Shown piece by piece: positions 14,153 through 27,400 of a stretch of DNA of 64,000 nucleotides (position 1 is its first letter; each line of letters opens with the position of its first letter). The position numbers were made by a program, and so were the translations under genes. The notes beneath the pieces are model-generated. The model was not told where the DNA came from and searched no databases. It was given only the letters and a program-made list of their open reading frames with translations. The DNA is from Eledone cirrhosa (taxonomy: Eukaryota): assembly GCA_964016885.1 (NCBI GenBank), contig OZ024754.1, positions 30,442,001 to 30,506,000 on the forward strand. Direction: 5' to 3'.

Positions 14153-14777
14153 TATTTTGTTGATATAAATATTTTAAAAAGATGTCTTTTAATAAAAAAT
14201 GTTTACATAGTGTAGAACTGCACCATTATTGAAGGAAGAAAGAATTAACTCTCTTTTGCCTTTTTTTTAATTAGCTTTTAACATCCTACACAATATGAAA
14301 CTGCATTAGCAAGATGTTCTTGAAAAACAGCACTACAACAGCATCACATAAAAGTTTAAAGTCTATACTTTAATGACACACATTTTCACAATGATCTGTC
14401 CATTAGTAAAAATACTATAAACATTTGAATTAATAAATCACATGAAACCTCATTAACAAGACATTAGCAATGAGGTTTCATGAAAAGTACAAAGCAGTAC
14501 AATAATTGCATCACATTAAATATTGAAGTATTTCCACTAATATTATAAATTTTCCTTACAATCTGTCCACTAGTAAAGACACTACAAACATTTGAATTAA
14601 GAAACCTGTTCTTAGATATGTTGTGCCAAATCAATACAGGGTTTTCACAGTCAAAGTTGTTGACTATCACTCTTCAAATTATATATATGTAGGTTCTAGA
14701 GTTGTGTTGGTGGCTAACCACTGTTAAAAAAGGTACTTAATACATTGGTAGAGTACAGGCATTTTTAAATATTATTT

Positions 14778-14874
14778 TATATAAAAATGACTTCTACAGG
14801 ACTAGAACTGTTTCATTTCTGATAATTTCATATGAATGAAACAGTTCTAGTCCTGTAGAAGTCATTTTTGTATA
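14778..14874. repeat. Inverted repeat with 35-bp perfect arms and a 17-bp spacer
   Basis: 14783-14817 AAAAATGACTTCTACAGGACTAGAACTGTTTCATT is the reverse complement of 14835-14869. Another copy of the arm lies at about 49088-49119. Confidence 0.9.
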
Positions 14875-14892
14875 ATATATATATACATATAC

Positions 14893-16830
14893 AGCGAAAT
14901 AAATCATCCAACCATCTCAAGTAGGTGACAAAAAAGGCAGTGCTTGAATTTGAGCAGTGCATAGCAACCAGCCCTGACAGTAAGGTGTTCTGGAAGTATG
15001 TTCACTCAAAGCAGAGGCCTCACTCTCCAGTTGGTCCTCTTCGCAATCCCCACACAAGCCAGGTTACTGACGACCCCAAGGAATGCACAGAACTCATTGC
15101 TGAATGCTATGCAGGCATTTTCACTATTGAAGACCAGAGTGTACTGTCTCCACCACCTATGACATCGGATTCTATTACAACTATGGAATTTACACCTGCG
15201 ATGCTGCAACATCACCTTAAAAATAAACACAACCATGCCTCTCCTGGTCTTGATGGTGTTACGTACCTGCTTCTTAAACATGGTGGGTACTTATTTCTGC
15301 ACCAGCTATCACGGTTCTTCCAATTCTGTCTGAAAAACGGTGCTACTCCAGAACAATGGAAAACTGCCAGTGTCATTCCTCTGTTCAAAAAGGGTGACTG
15401 CACATCACCTGTGAACTATCGTCCAGGCAGTCTTACTAGTTGCATTGCCAAACTGATGGAATCCTGTGTTAGAGAAACACTTTGGAACTTCTGGAACTCT
15501 CACAGTCTTATCCGGCCCTCGCAATTTGGATTTATCCCTAACTCCAGCTGCTGTGATCAACTTATCGAGTTTCTTGAAGACATTACCCAGATCACTGATG
15601 GCGGCTCATGGGTGGATGTTGTTTACCTTGACTTTTCTAAAGCTTTCAATTCTGTGCCACACAAAAGACTTATGGCAAAACTCTCAGCAATGGGTGTGAA
15701 GGATGATCTTTTTAACTGGTTGAAGTCCTTCATTCTCAGTCGAAGAGAGGTAGTCACGGTTCTAGGACAGCATTCCTCACCATATGAGATGTCATCTGGT
15801 GTACCACAGGTATTTGTTCTTGGCCCCCTTTTGTTTGTGGCATATATTAATGGCATAGATGACAACTTAAAGAATGCCACAGTACTGAAATATGCAGATG
15901 ACATCAAGCTGTATCTTGAGATAAAAAGGACAGATCCTGAACACCATAGATCTTGCCTGCAATCTGACCTGGACTCAATGCAACAATGGATCACGGACTG
16001 GCAACTCAAGCTGGCTGTGGACAAGTGTACCACCATGCATTTTGGGAGTAAAAACCCAGCAACCACATACTCCCTCCACAATAGTAATATCAAGAAGTCT
16101 TCTTGTGAATGTGACTGGAGCATTACGGTCAGCAGCGATTTGCGTTGGATGAAGCACGTCTCTAAAATTGTCAAGAAGGCCGAGGGTGTCTTAGCAAGAC
16201 CTTTGTCAGTCACTCTCCAGCTATCTATTTAAAGCTGTATATAGCTATGGTTCAGCCACACTTAGAATTTGCATCACCAGTCTGGAACCCCTATCTTGCT
16301 CAGAACATTGACCGCCTGGAAACTGTTCAGAGAGGTGCAACCAAGTGAATACCCTCTATCAGGCATCTACCATACTCTGAACGCCTTACTTGGATTCATT
16401 GAAGCTCCGACATCTGGTAATGGACTTGGTAAACACCCACAATATTATTAACCATCTTGCCAACAACAACCCTGAGCACCTTTTTGATTTCCATGTGTCT
16501 AACACACGTGGGCATGCCTACAAAGTCAGAAAACAGCACAGCTCCTATGACTTTCTGAAACATTTTTTCACGATCAGAGTTGCTGAAGCATGGAACAAAT
16601 TGCCTGCGTCGGTTGTTAGCTGTCGAAACACTGCATCCTTTAAAACCTCCATGCTTCCTGAGATTCGCCAACACTACACCTAATACTCCCTCTCCATACA
16701 CACGCACACATGTAGATCATGACTCATACACTATTCACTTCCCTGACATTTGTACATTATTCTATGTACTATACATGCACCTTTGATGAGTTGTAGTGCA
16801 CCTGAGCACTGTACACAATAATTTCATTAT
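14893..16830 (+). mobile_element. 5'-truncated CR1-clade LINE: reverse transcriptase, C-terminal region and 3' UTR, with frameshifts
   Basis: ORF 14925..16232 has NYRP.SLTS, VDVVYLDFSKAFNSVPH, SGVPQ..LGPLLF and YADD. A downstream frame reads TRGHAYK..FFTIRVAEAWNKLP, typical of CR1. The 3' end is TTTCATTAT. Confidence 0.92.
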
Positions 16831-16853
16831 ATACATACATATATATATATACA

Positions 16854-16906
<53 letters not shown>

Positions 16907-17939
16907 GCATATATATATATATAAATGTAGTTTAAATAGTAGGTTTATTTTTTTAGAAAAAGAAAATACGTTCTGCTTGTATTTATAGTGAAACTTTACT
17001 CTATTTTGTGTTTAACCTCTGACCTCTTGTGTTGAAAACCTAAACTATTGGGTTGTAGTTTTTTATGGAATCTATTCACTATTTATGTGTGCGGATGTGT
17101 TTGTGTGTGTGTGTGTAGAGAGAGAGAGAGAACACACGTATTTGGTGGAGTTTATGTATATTTAGATAGATATATGTGTGTATTTGTGTATAAATATGTA
17201 TGTATGTATATATATGTATGTATATACTCTCTCATATGTGTGTGTGTGTGTGTATGCATGTGTGATGAATATTGAAAGCTGCATAGAGAAGTGCACTGTC
17301 TGCTTTCTGTTTTTCTGCACATGAGGATGAGGGGGGGGGGGGGCGAACAACCATTGCCTTTACTATGAATTGTTGCTCCCTTATTTGTCTAGGGTGGGGC
17401 AATATGTTATATATACTATTGTTTAGGGTGGGACTGAGTGATATTTATAATATTGTGTAGGATGGGGTTGTGTGATATATGTAATATTGTCAGTCATGTG
17501 CAACAAAAGTCCCTCATCACCACCAAGGGTGAGAACTACCCACCTCATGTTCCCTCCACGGCTGTTAAATAGGGGGTGGGGGCAGGTTGGTGTAGGGCTA
17601 GCTGGGGGAAGGAGGGACTGAGTGAAATGAAGAGAATAGAGTAAATTCAAATGAAAGAAGGACAGTGGGGTGGGATAAAAAGGGGGAAGATAGAAATTAT
17701 AAAGGGGAAAGAGTAAATTAGAAGAGAAAGGAGAGGAAAGATGAAAGAGAGGCATGTATTAACCCTTAACACCCTGTACCACATTAAATCACATTCTTTT
17801 AAAGAATATAACAACATTATGACTGCATCTAACTAGAAATTAAAGTTATCACTATAATCTGTTCACTAGTACAGCTACTATAAACATTTAAATTAACAAA
17901 ACCATTTTTTTAGATATTTTCTGCTAAATCATTACAGCC

Positions 17940-18157
17940 TTAATCCTTTAGCATTTATATTACTCTATATTTACTGTTATATTTTTTCTTGGTAAAGACT
18001 TTACCTCACATAATATAAAATCTATGAGATTTTGATATTATTTATTTTGAGAACAATACCTTAACATCAGTATCAGCAGCTGGTTACAACCGGTTTGAAC
18101 AAAAAGAGGTGAGAGAATTCTGGCTGGATACAGCCGGTTTAAATGCTAAAGGGTTAA
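17940..18157. mobile_element. TTAA-flanked MITE with piggyBac-like ends
   Basis: TTAA-(T)CCTTTAGCATTTA ... TAAATGCTAAAGGG-TTAA; same family as 24191-24419. Confidence 0.75.
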
Positions 18158-18235
18158 ATTACAGTTAAGGCTTTTAGCTAACTAAAAAAAGAAAGAAAAG
18201 AAAGAAATGAGAGTAAAAGCTAGCAATCTTTTTAT

Positions 18236-18436
18236 TCATTCACATTTACTTTGTATTTACTTTTGTATTTTCACAGTAAAGGCTTTATCTCACATAATTA
18301 CCTCACATAATATCTAATCTATGAGATTTTGATATCATTTATCCAACATTAAGGTATTGAGAACAATACCTTAATGTTGGATGAACAGAAAGAGAATTCT
18401 GGCTGGATATGACCAGTTTAAATATTAAAGGGTTAA
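18236..18436. mobile_element. Partial copy of the TTAA MITE with an internal palindrome
   Basis: Shares GTAAAGGCTTTATCTC, ATGAGATTTTGATAT and GAGAATTCTGGCTGGATA and the right end AAAGGGTTAA. Confidence 0.7.
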
Positions 18437-18719
18437 TGAAGTGGGAAGATAGAACCCATGACTCTTTTCTGGGGCTCACAGACTGGTGACAAGTAGAGAA
18501 GGTGGGAGAGAGGAAGGTATCTTTAAACTAGTGATCTGTCCCAAAAGTTTACAACAGATTGGACCTCACAAAAGGTACCCAAGTGCCAGGCAACAGATTA
18601 AGTTTACCACATATGTATGCCATGGCAGTATTGGAACTGGGAATATAAAAAAGTGAGCAAATACCACAAGGTACCTTGTCTTACGCTGAATGACTGCCAA
18701 CTAACAAAGTCACCAGTTC

Positions 18720-18995
18720 ACCACCCTCTAAAGTCTGTCTCGAGCCCAGCGACTCATCAGTCTAGTGCTTATCCTGGTTGCCATGGCATTAAGCGACTGA
18801 GAGTGCAAGACTTACCCCTGGACAGGACAACTGTCCGTCACAGGGTTAAACCACCAGCTATTGCTGGTACTCAGTTTCAGAAGTGTATACTGGAGTAATG
18901 TGAAATGAACTGTTTTGCTCAAACCAGGAATCAAACCCACAATATTATGATTGTATGTCCAACATTCTCACCACTAGGTTACACACTTCCATACC
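18720..18995 (-). mobile_element. Decayed tRNA-derived SINE
   Basis: Minus-strand head GTGTAACCTAGTGGTGAGAATG...GGTTTGATTCCTGG (A and B boxes), then TTGAGCAA..CATTTCACATTACTCCAGT, shared with the SINE at 62770-62920. Confidence 0.6.
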
Positions 18996-20487
18996 ACCCT
19001 AGACTGACACAATACTTATTGACTCAAGACACTGTAATGACTACCAACTCACAAGACATCTAACAATTTTGTCCAATCTATCACCCTAGATCACAGAAAG
19101 ATGAAAGTCAAAGTTGGTCCTTAACAGGATTTCAACACGGAAAGCAAGGAACCAAACTAAATACTACAAAGCATGTCATCTGATGCTCTGCCACTTCACC
19201 ATCTTAAGGTATTCACCTACAGAAAAAAGGTTTCTTTATCACATCAGAAACTTTCCACTGTTGTCTTCAACGATGTCACACAATTCTAAACAGTACATAG
19301 GTGTTAATAGGTGCTGTGCAGTAGTCTGAGTTTATTCTGTATCTGGTGTTCAATACTTAAAATATATTCTGTGACTATCTGGTGTAGAATATCTAAAATA
19401 TATTCTGTGAGTATCTGGTGTAGAATAGTTACATTGTACCCCTGTTACATTGTACCCCTGTAGGCACCAGGAAAGGCATCAGGCCATAAAACATTGCCTA
19501 AAAAGAAGGATCCTGTGATGAGTATGGAACCTATTACGTGGTCTGAGAGGCTAACACCTGCTTTAGCAAGGAAAATGGCCTTAAAACACTTGTTATTATC
19601 TAAGTTTAAGTACCCTGTGACCCCTAACTAACATTAACCTTGTAGTGTTGAACTTGTATCAAGCTGAAATTCTTCCATGAACCAAATACCATTCCTCTAG
19701 CTTAGTTAGCAGTGTATTGTAATTGTGGAAAGGACAAGGTTTTGGCATTGTTAGCATTTCTTCTAATACAGTTCTCTGATAACCTCCTCCACCATGGCTG
19801 AATGTCACCATATGAATGGAAGACACCAATGTTAAAGAATAGCAGGCTAAAAATTTCTAAAGAATTAGTGAATAGAAGAATTAGAGACTAGAAGAATAAG
19901 GGAATAGAAGAATAACTGTGGAACAAAAGAGAAGAAGCAATAAAGAATAGAAGGATTCTGTGATTTTAACCTTTTTTTGTTTGTTTGTTCTGAGTTCAGT
20001 TTTGTTTCCCTTCTCTACATTTTGGAAATGATCAAATTCTGAAGTTGGTTCTTTTAGTTTTGAGAAATTTGAATACATAAATTAGCAGTAAAATAAAACA
20101 AGGACCACTTTAGATAATGGAATGGCAAAAGGAATGAAAGATAAAATAGATTTTCTGCTGAGGTATATCATATCAATTGACTTGCCGTTGCTGTAATTCT
20201 GCCAGTAAAAGACACCAAAATTGAAGATAAAACAATGAAAGATAGAATATAAAGAAAATCTCCAATAATTAGAAAATGGAATCATTTGATGAAGAAGACA
20301 GATAAGGACCATGGTGATATCACTATGGTCCTTGATACTGTTATTAACATGAACATTCATACAGATATTTCCATGATAAGGACACTGTTATATTAATAGA
20401 TATTACCACATTCCTATATAGAGATATTACTGTGATTATTGATACTTTTGATATTAAGAGAGAAATTTAAATTGTCCTTCAAACATC

Positions 20488-21745
20488 CTCATCATTATCA
20501 TCATCTTACATCAATTTTTCCATGCTTGCAGGGATTTTAGACGAATTGTTTCCAGTAAAGCATCCTTTCACTCATTGTTTTCCTTCATCAGCTCCTCTGT
20601 GAGCTTCATCGATTTGAGATGAGCTCACACCACTTCTGGCTAGATATTCTTTTGTCTTCCTCTACTGCAGCTTCCTTCCACTGGGATTTCTTGGTACTTT
20701 TTCACCCAACAAACATCATTCATACATGTCACATGTCCATACTAGTGCAGTCTTCTCTCTTACATTACATCTGATTCCTCTTATATCCAGTTTTTCTCTC
20801 ATCCCATCCATTCTTTATTGTTCTCACGTATTAACATTGCACACCCATCAATGCATGCTCGCTTCATTTCTCTCCAAACTTTTCATGTCCTCAGCATTCA
20901 TTGCCTATATGTCACTACTGTACAGCATCAGACATTGCCTATATGTCACTACTGTACAGCATCAGACATTGCCTATATGTCACTACTGTACAACATCAGA
21001 CATTGCCTATATGTCACTACTGTACAACATCAGACATTGCCTATATGTCACTACTGTACAGCATCAGACATTGCCTATATGTCACTACTGTACAACATCA
21101 GACATTGCCTATATGTCACTACTGTACAGCATCAGACATTGCCTATATGTCACTACTGTACAGCATCAGACATTGCCTATATGTCACTACTGTACAACAT
21201 CAGACATTGCCTATATGTCACTACTGTACAACATCAGACATTGCCTATATGTCACTACTGTACAGCATCAGACATTGCCTATATGTCACTACTGTACAAC
21301 ATCAGACATTGCCTATATGTCACTACTGTACAACATCAGACATTGCCTATATGTCACTACTGTACAGCATCAGACATTGCCTATATGTCACTACTGTACA
21401 ACATCAGACATTGCCTATATGTCACTACTGTACAACATCAGACATTGCCTATATGTCACTACTGTACAACATCAGACATTGCCTATATGTCACTACTGTA
21501 CAACATCAGACATTGCCTATATGTCACTACTGTACAACATCAGACATTGCCTATATGTCACTACTGTACAGCATCAGACATTGCCTATATGTCACTACTG
21601 TACAACATCAGACATTGCCTATATGTCACTACTGTACAGCATCAGACATTGCCTATATGTCACTACTGTACAACATCAGACATTGCCGGCATCATACAAC
21701 TGGCCTTTTTTTCATAGAGAGAAACCTTTTGTCAACAGAGATAGT
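20488..21745 (-). mobile_element. 5'-truncated, decayed RTE LINE interrupted by a 34-bp minisatellite
   Basis: Minus strand reads LLTKGFSL*KKGQLYDA, then the array, then [17 protein letters not shown] and WVKKYQEIPVEG, ending in a (TGA)n tail near 20490. Collinear with the RTE at 51800-52317. Confidence 0.88.
20899..21687. repeat. 34-bp minisatellite, 23 units
   Basis: Unit CATTGCCTATATGTCACTACTGTACA(A/G)CATCAGA with a single variable site; (21681-20899)/34 = 23. Confidence 0.97.
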
Positions 21746-22139
21746 AACTATCTAAACCATGACCCATAATAGATATCACCATGTCCCATGATAAGGACTA
21801 TGTTATATGAAGATATATTACTATGATCCTTGATACTGATATCACTGTAAAAGATAAGATTATTCATAATATCCATAGATATCACCATGACCCATAAGTA
21901 CTGTGTCATATCAAGATATATCAATGTGATCTTTTAAACTTTTATCTTAACAGATCTAACTATCATCTATGATAGAGGTAGTAAAATAAAAGCCCACATG
22001 TTGGTGAAATAAAACCCATATGTTGGTAAATTAAAGCCCATATGTTGGTAAAATAAAAACCTACATGTTGAATCTTGTTATGTGATAAAAACAAATGTTC
22101 AGAAGTATTTCTGCAGCACCTTATATTTAGGTGAACTCA

Positions 22140-22935
22140 GCAAATGAAAAGACTTGCTGTAATTGTTGTCTTAAAGGCAGATCATAGTGATTTAGAGATT
22201 GCTTGCTTCCTGAAAGTTGCATGATCATTTGTTGTCAAAGTCTACTAAGAGCTGGAAACTGCAGACAGGGATTCTAGCCAAATGTAAAACACCTGCTAAG
22301 TGTTCATACAAATGTATGAAAGTGACAGAAAATTATTGATAAGAACCCCAGAAAATCAATTAGCACCATTGCTAAGGAGCTCAAGGTTTTAAGACACACT
22401 ATCGGAAGAATTGTTTATGAGGATCTTTGATACAAGTCATATGTGACACAGAATGGCTAATTCAAGTCGGCAAAGGTTCTGCCCACAAAGATTTTGGTAA
22501 CTGTGATGATTCTGGGAGATGTGATCAATGAGAGAGATGTCATATCTCCTCACTTCTGACTATAATGTGGTGTTGAAGAAGGTTATGAGGCCTTGGATAG
22601 AGTGTGCAAGCAAAGGAAGACTGTACACCTACCAACAAGACTTTGCATCGTTTCATAAGGTGAAGGTGATCCAAGAATGGACGAGTTGCAATCCTCATGA
22701 TCATGTCACCCAAAACATATGGCCTCCTAACTTGCCAGACCTGAATCTTTTGGACTTCTATGTATGGAGCATAGTTGAGAGGGAAGTCAGTCAATGCTCA
22801 CATAACATTATAGAATCTCTGAAATCCACCATAACTAGTACAATATTGAAATAGATAATGATCATCTGATTCAAGCAAGTCACTATTTCAGACTTCATAT
22901 TGAAGCAGTCATTGATGCTAGTGGCTGATTCATTA
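22140..22935 (+). mobile_element. Decayed Tc1/mariner-superfamily transposase fragment
   Basis: ORF 22528..22854 has YQQDFASFHK and WPPNLPDLNLLDFYVWSIVE, a degenerate form of QQD.APAH / WPP.SPDLNP.DY.VW. Upstream HTH-like remnants contain stops. Confidence 0.82.
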
Positions 22936-23807
22936 GGTTCGTGTAAATGTCCTCAAAGAACTAAGAACTTTGTTCTTTATCCCAGCAAATCATTTTTTAA
23001 TGTTTGTAAGAGTTTTGTAAAGTTAAAACAAATTGACAGTTTCCATTAGACTTTTACAAATTTTTTTTTTTCTGATAATCCATTTAATATAAAACTGATA
23101 CTTGATAACTTTTCATATTCTTGTGGCATGAATATCACCTGTCTGGTGACATTCATGTTTTGATAGCAAACCACTTGAAACTGACCTGACATTATCATAC
23201 AAAACTGCCCAGTTTAAAATATTCATATTCATACTTCCATCATAAGATTATTTATGAAACCATTGTTAAGTTATGTGCCAAACAATGGCACAGCTGGTGT
23301 AGTGTGTGTGCTGTCTAGGTCAGCCCTTCAGTTTGCTCATCCCCTTCCCCCTTAAAAAACAAAAAAAAAAGAATATGTTGCACAGTGGTATCCTCTTAAA
23401 GTGCCACTCCCATAAAATTGTTACCCAAGACAGATACCCCCAACCCATCCCAACTCCAACTACACTACTAGCCAAACATCAGTTTAATAAGAAAACTATT
23501 TCATCAAATCCTTCTAAATTTTTTATTATTTTCAAAATGAATTGAAACACATAGAAAAATTGAAATGAAAGAGTTAGCCCTTTTAATACCAATCTGCCTG
23601 AAACTATCCTAAGTTCTAAAATACAAAACTATTTATTTTAAAGTGATTACATATATCAAAAACTTTCCATCTTGATGCAAGAACCTTTGCTGTTCCAAGC
23701 ACCAACTTAATTATGAGAAAGTTAGTTTATTAAATATCTCAATTTTTTTTTTTGTATTTTAAAAATTAATTGAAATACATAGGCTAAGTCTTTCATTAGA
23801 AATCAAC

Positions 23808-24012
23808 ATCATCATCATCATCATTATTATCATAACCATCATTACCATCACCACCATTTAACGTCCATTTTCCATGCTAGCTTGGGTTAGAGGAGTTGTC
23901 CCGCTGTGAGACAAGCCAGATCAGATGACCGTGTCTTGCTCATACAGAACTGTTTCTAGCTTGGTTTCTATGGCTGGATGACCTTCCTAATGACAACCAC
24001 ATTTACAGTGTG
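23808..24012 (-). mobile_element. 3' fragment of the RTE-tailed SINE or RTE 3' UTR family
   Basis: (CAT)n-TTTAACGTCCATTTTCCATGCTAG...GGCTGGATGACCTTCCTAA; homologous to 39076-39268 and 54870-55048. Confidence 0.7.
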
Positions 24013-24190
24013 AAAATATAACAAAAGAGTTAAAAAAATATCTATAGATATTTTATGATGGGGTCTTTGGAATGGACCTATTTGATGAGTGAACAATTAA
24101 TTTACTAACTAATATCAGTGGAACATAAGTTAAAGTCTGTTCTAAGCCAAAGACTCACCAGACTGATACTCAGCCCTAGTTTCCCTGGCC

Positions 24191-24419
24191 TTAACCCTTT
24201 AGCATTTACATTATTCTATATAAGCTATTATATTTTCATGGTAAAGGCTTTATCTCTCATAATTATCACACATAATATCAAAGCTATGAGATTTCGATAT
24301 TATTCATTTTGAGAACAATACCATAACATCAGTATGAGTGGCTGGTTATGGCCAGTTCGAACAGAAAGAGGTGAGAGAATTCTGGCCGGATATAGCCAGT
24401 TTAAATGCTAAAGGGTTAA
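24191..24419. mobile_element. TTAA-flanked MITE with perfect 14-bp TIRs (piggyBac-like)
   Basis: TTAA-CCCTTTAGCATTTA ... TAAATGCTAAAGGG-TTAA. Confidence 0.8.
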
Positions 24420-24488
24420 ATGACTGAGAGTACAAGACCCTTCCAGGACAGGACACTGGTCTGTCCAGGGTTGATGGTCTTTATGTGA

Positions 24489-27400
24489 CTAGCTGCTGTT
24501 GTGTGTTGAAGAGCACTAACAGTAAACTAGTGCTGCTGTTGTGTGTTGAAGAGCATTAACAGTAAACTAGTGCTGCTGTTGTGTGTTGAAGAGCACTAAC
24601 AGTAAACTAGTGCTGCTGTTGTGTGCTGAAAAGCATTAACAGTAAACTAGTGCTGCTGTTGTGTGCTGAAGAGCATTAACAGTAAACTAGTGCTGCTGTT
24701 GTGTGCTGAAGAGCATTAACAGTAAACTAGTGCTGCTGTTGTGTGCTGAAGAGCATTAACAATAAACTAGTGCTGCTGTTGTGTGCTGAAGAGCATTAAC
24801 AGTAAACTAGTGCTGCTGTTGTGTGCTGAAGAGCATTAACAGTAAACTAGTGCTGCTGTTGTGTGCTGAAGAGCATTAACAATAAACTAGTGCTGCTGTT
24901 GTGTGCTGAAGAGCATTAACAGTAAACTAGTGCTGCTGTTGTGTGCTGAAGAGCACTAACAGTAAACTAGTGCTGCTGTTGTGTGCTGAAGAGCATTAAC
25001 AGTAAACTAGTGCTGCTGTTGTGTGCTGAAGAGCATTAACAATAAACTAGTGCTGCTGTTGTGTGCTGAAGAGCATTAACAGTAAACTAGTGCTGCTGTT
25101 GTGTGCTGAAGAGCATTAACAGTAAACTAGTGCTGCTGCTGTGTGCTGAAGAGCACTAACAGTAAACCAGTGCTGCTGTTGTGTGCTGAAGAGCATTAAC
25201 AGTAAACTAGTGCTGCTGTTGTGTGCTGAAGAGCATTAACAATAAACTAGTGCTGCTGTTGTGTGCTGAAGAGCATTAACAGTAAACTAGTGCTGCTGTT
25301 GTGTGCTGAAGAGCACTAACAGTAAACTAGTGCTGCTGTTGTGTGCTGAAGAGCATTAACAGTAAACTAGTGCTGCTGTTGTGTGCTGAAGAGCATTAAC
25401 AGTAAACTAGTGCTGCTGCTGTGTGCTGAAGAGCACTAACAGTAAACCAGTGCTGCTGTTGTGTGCTGAAGAGCACTAACAGTAAACCAGTGCTGCTGTT
25501 GTGTGCTGAAGAGCATTAACAATAAACTAGTGCTGCTGTTGTGTGCTGAAGAGCATTAACAGTAAACTAGTGCTGCTGTTGTGTGCTGAAGAGCATTAAC
25601 AGTAAACTAGTGCTGCTGTTGTGTGCTGAAGAGCATTAACAGTAAACTAGTGCTGCTGTTGTGTGCTGAAGAGCATTAACAATAAACTAGTGCTGCTGTT
25701 GTGTGCTGAAGAGCATTAACAGTAAACTAGTGCTGCTGTTGTGTGCTGAAGAGCATTAACAGTAAACTAGTGCTGCTGTTGTGTGCTGAAGAGCATTAAC
25801 AGTAAACTAGTGCTGCTGTTGTGTGCTGAAGAGCACTAACAGTAAACTAGTGCTGCTGTTGTGTGCTGAAGAGCATTAACAATAAACTAGTGCTGCTGTT
25901 GTGTGCTGAAGAGCATTAACAGTAAACTAGTGCTGCTGTTGTGTGCTGAAGAGCATTAACAGTAAACTAGTGCTGCTGTTGTGTGCTGAAGAGCATTAAC
26001 AGTAAACTAGTGCTGCTGTTGTGTGCTGAAGAGCATTAACAATAAACTAGTGCTGCTGTTGTGTGCTGAAGAGCATTAACAGTAAACTAGTGCTGCTGTT
26101 GTGTGCTGAAGAGCATTAACAATAAACTAGTGCTGCTGTTGTGTGCTGAAGAGCATTAACACTAAACTAGTGCTGCTGTTGTGTGCTGAAGAACGTGAAC
26201 ACTAAACTAGTGCTGCTGTTGTGTGCTGAAGAGCATTAACAGTAAACTAGTGCTGCTGTTGTGTGCTGAAGAGCATTAACAGTAAACTAGTGCTGCTGTT
26301 GTGTGCTGAAGAGCATTAACAGTAAACTAGTGCTGCTGTTGTGTGCTGAAGAGCAATAACAATAAACTAGTGCTGCTGTTGTGTGCTGAAGAGCATTAAC
26401 AATAAACTAGTGCTGCTGTTGTGTGCTGAAGAGCATTAACAATAAACTAGTGCTGCTGTTGTGTGCTGAAGAACGTGAACACTAAACTAGTGCTGCTGTT
26501 GTGTGCTGAAGAGCATTAACAGTAAACTAGTGCTGCTGTTGTGTGCTGAAGAGCATTAACAGTAAACTAGTGCTGCTGTTGTGTGCTGAAGAGCATTAAC
26601 AGTAAACTAGTGCTGCTGTTGTGTGCTGAAGAGCAATAACAATAAACTAGTGCTGCTGTTGTGTGCTGAAGAGCATTAACAGTAAACTAGTGCTGCTGTT
26701 GTGTGCTGAAGAGCATTAACAGTAAACTAGTGCTGCTGCTGTGTGCTGAAGAGCACTAACAGTAAACCAGTGCTGCTGTTGTGTGCTGAAGAGCACTAAC
26801 AGTAAACTAGTGCTGCTGATGTGTGCTGAAGAGCATTAACAGTAAACTAGTGCTGCTGTTGTGTGCTGAAGAGCATTAACAGTAAACTAGTGCTGCTGCT
26901 GTGTGCTGAAGAGCACTAACAGTAAACCAGTGCTGCTGTTGTGTGCTGAAGAGCACTAACAGTAAACCAGTGCTGCTGTTGTGTGCTGAAGAGCATTAAC
27001 AATAAACTAGTGCTGCTGTTGTGTGCTGAAGAACATTAACAGTAAACTAGTGCTGCTGTTGTGTGCTGAAGAGCATTAACAGTAAACTAGTGCTGCTGTT
27101 GTGTGCTGAAGAGCATTAACAGTAAACTAGTGCTGCTGTTGTGTGCTGAAGAGCACTAACAGTAAACCAGTGCTGCTGTTGTGTGCTGAAGAGCATTAAC
27201 AGTAAACTAGTGCTGCTGTTGTGTGCTGAAGAGCATTAACAATAAACTAGTGCTGCTGTTGTGTGCTGAAGAGCATTAACAGTAAACTAGTGCTGCTGTT
27301 GTGTGCTGAAGAGCACTAACAGTAAACCAGTGCTGCTGTTGTGTGCTGAAGAGCACTAACAGTAAACCAGTGCTGTTGTTGTGTGCTGAAGAGCATTAAC

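Noticed and set aside
18730-18770. Minus-strand CTGATGA as a hammerhead
   Set aside because: It is followed by GAGAC rather than GAAAC, no stem I or NUH site fits, and it lies within a SINE.
24530-24560. Common origin of the 40-bp and 48-bp satellites (shared TGTGCTGA)
   Set aside because: Only an 8-mer is shared, and the 40-bp array has no RTE flanks.
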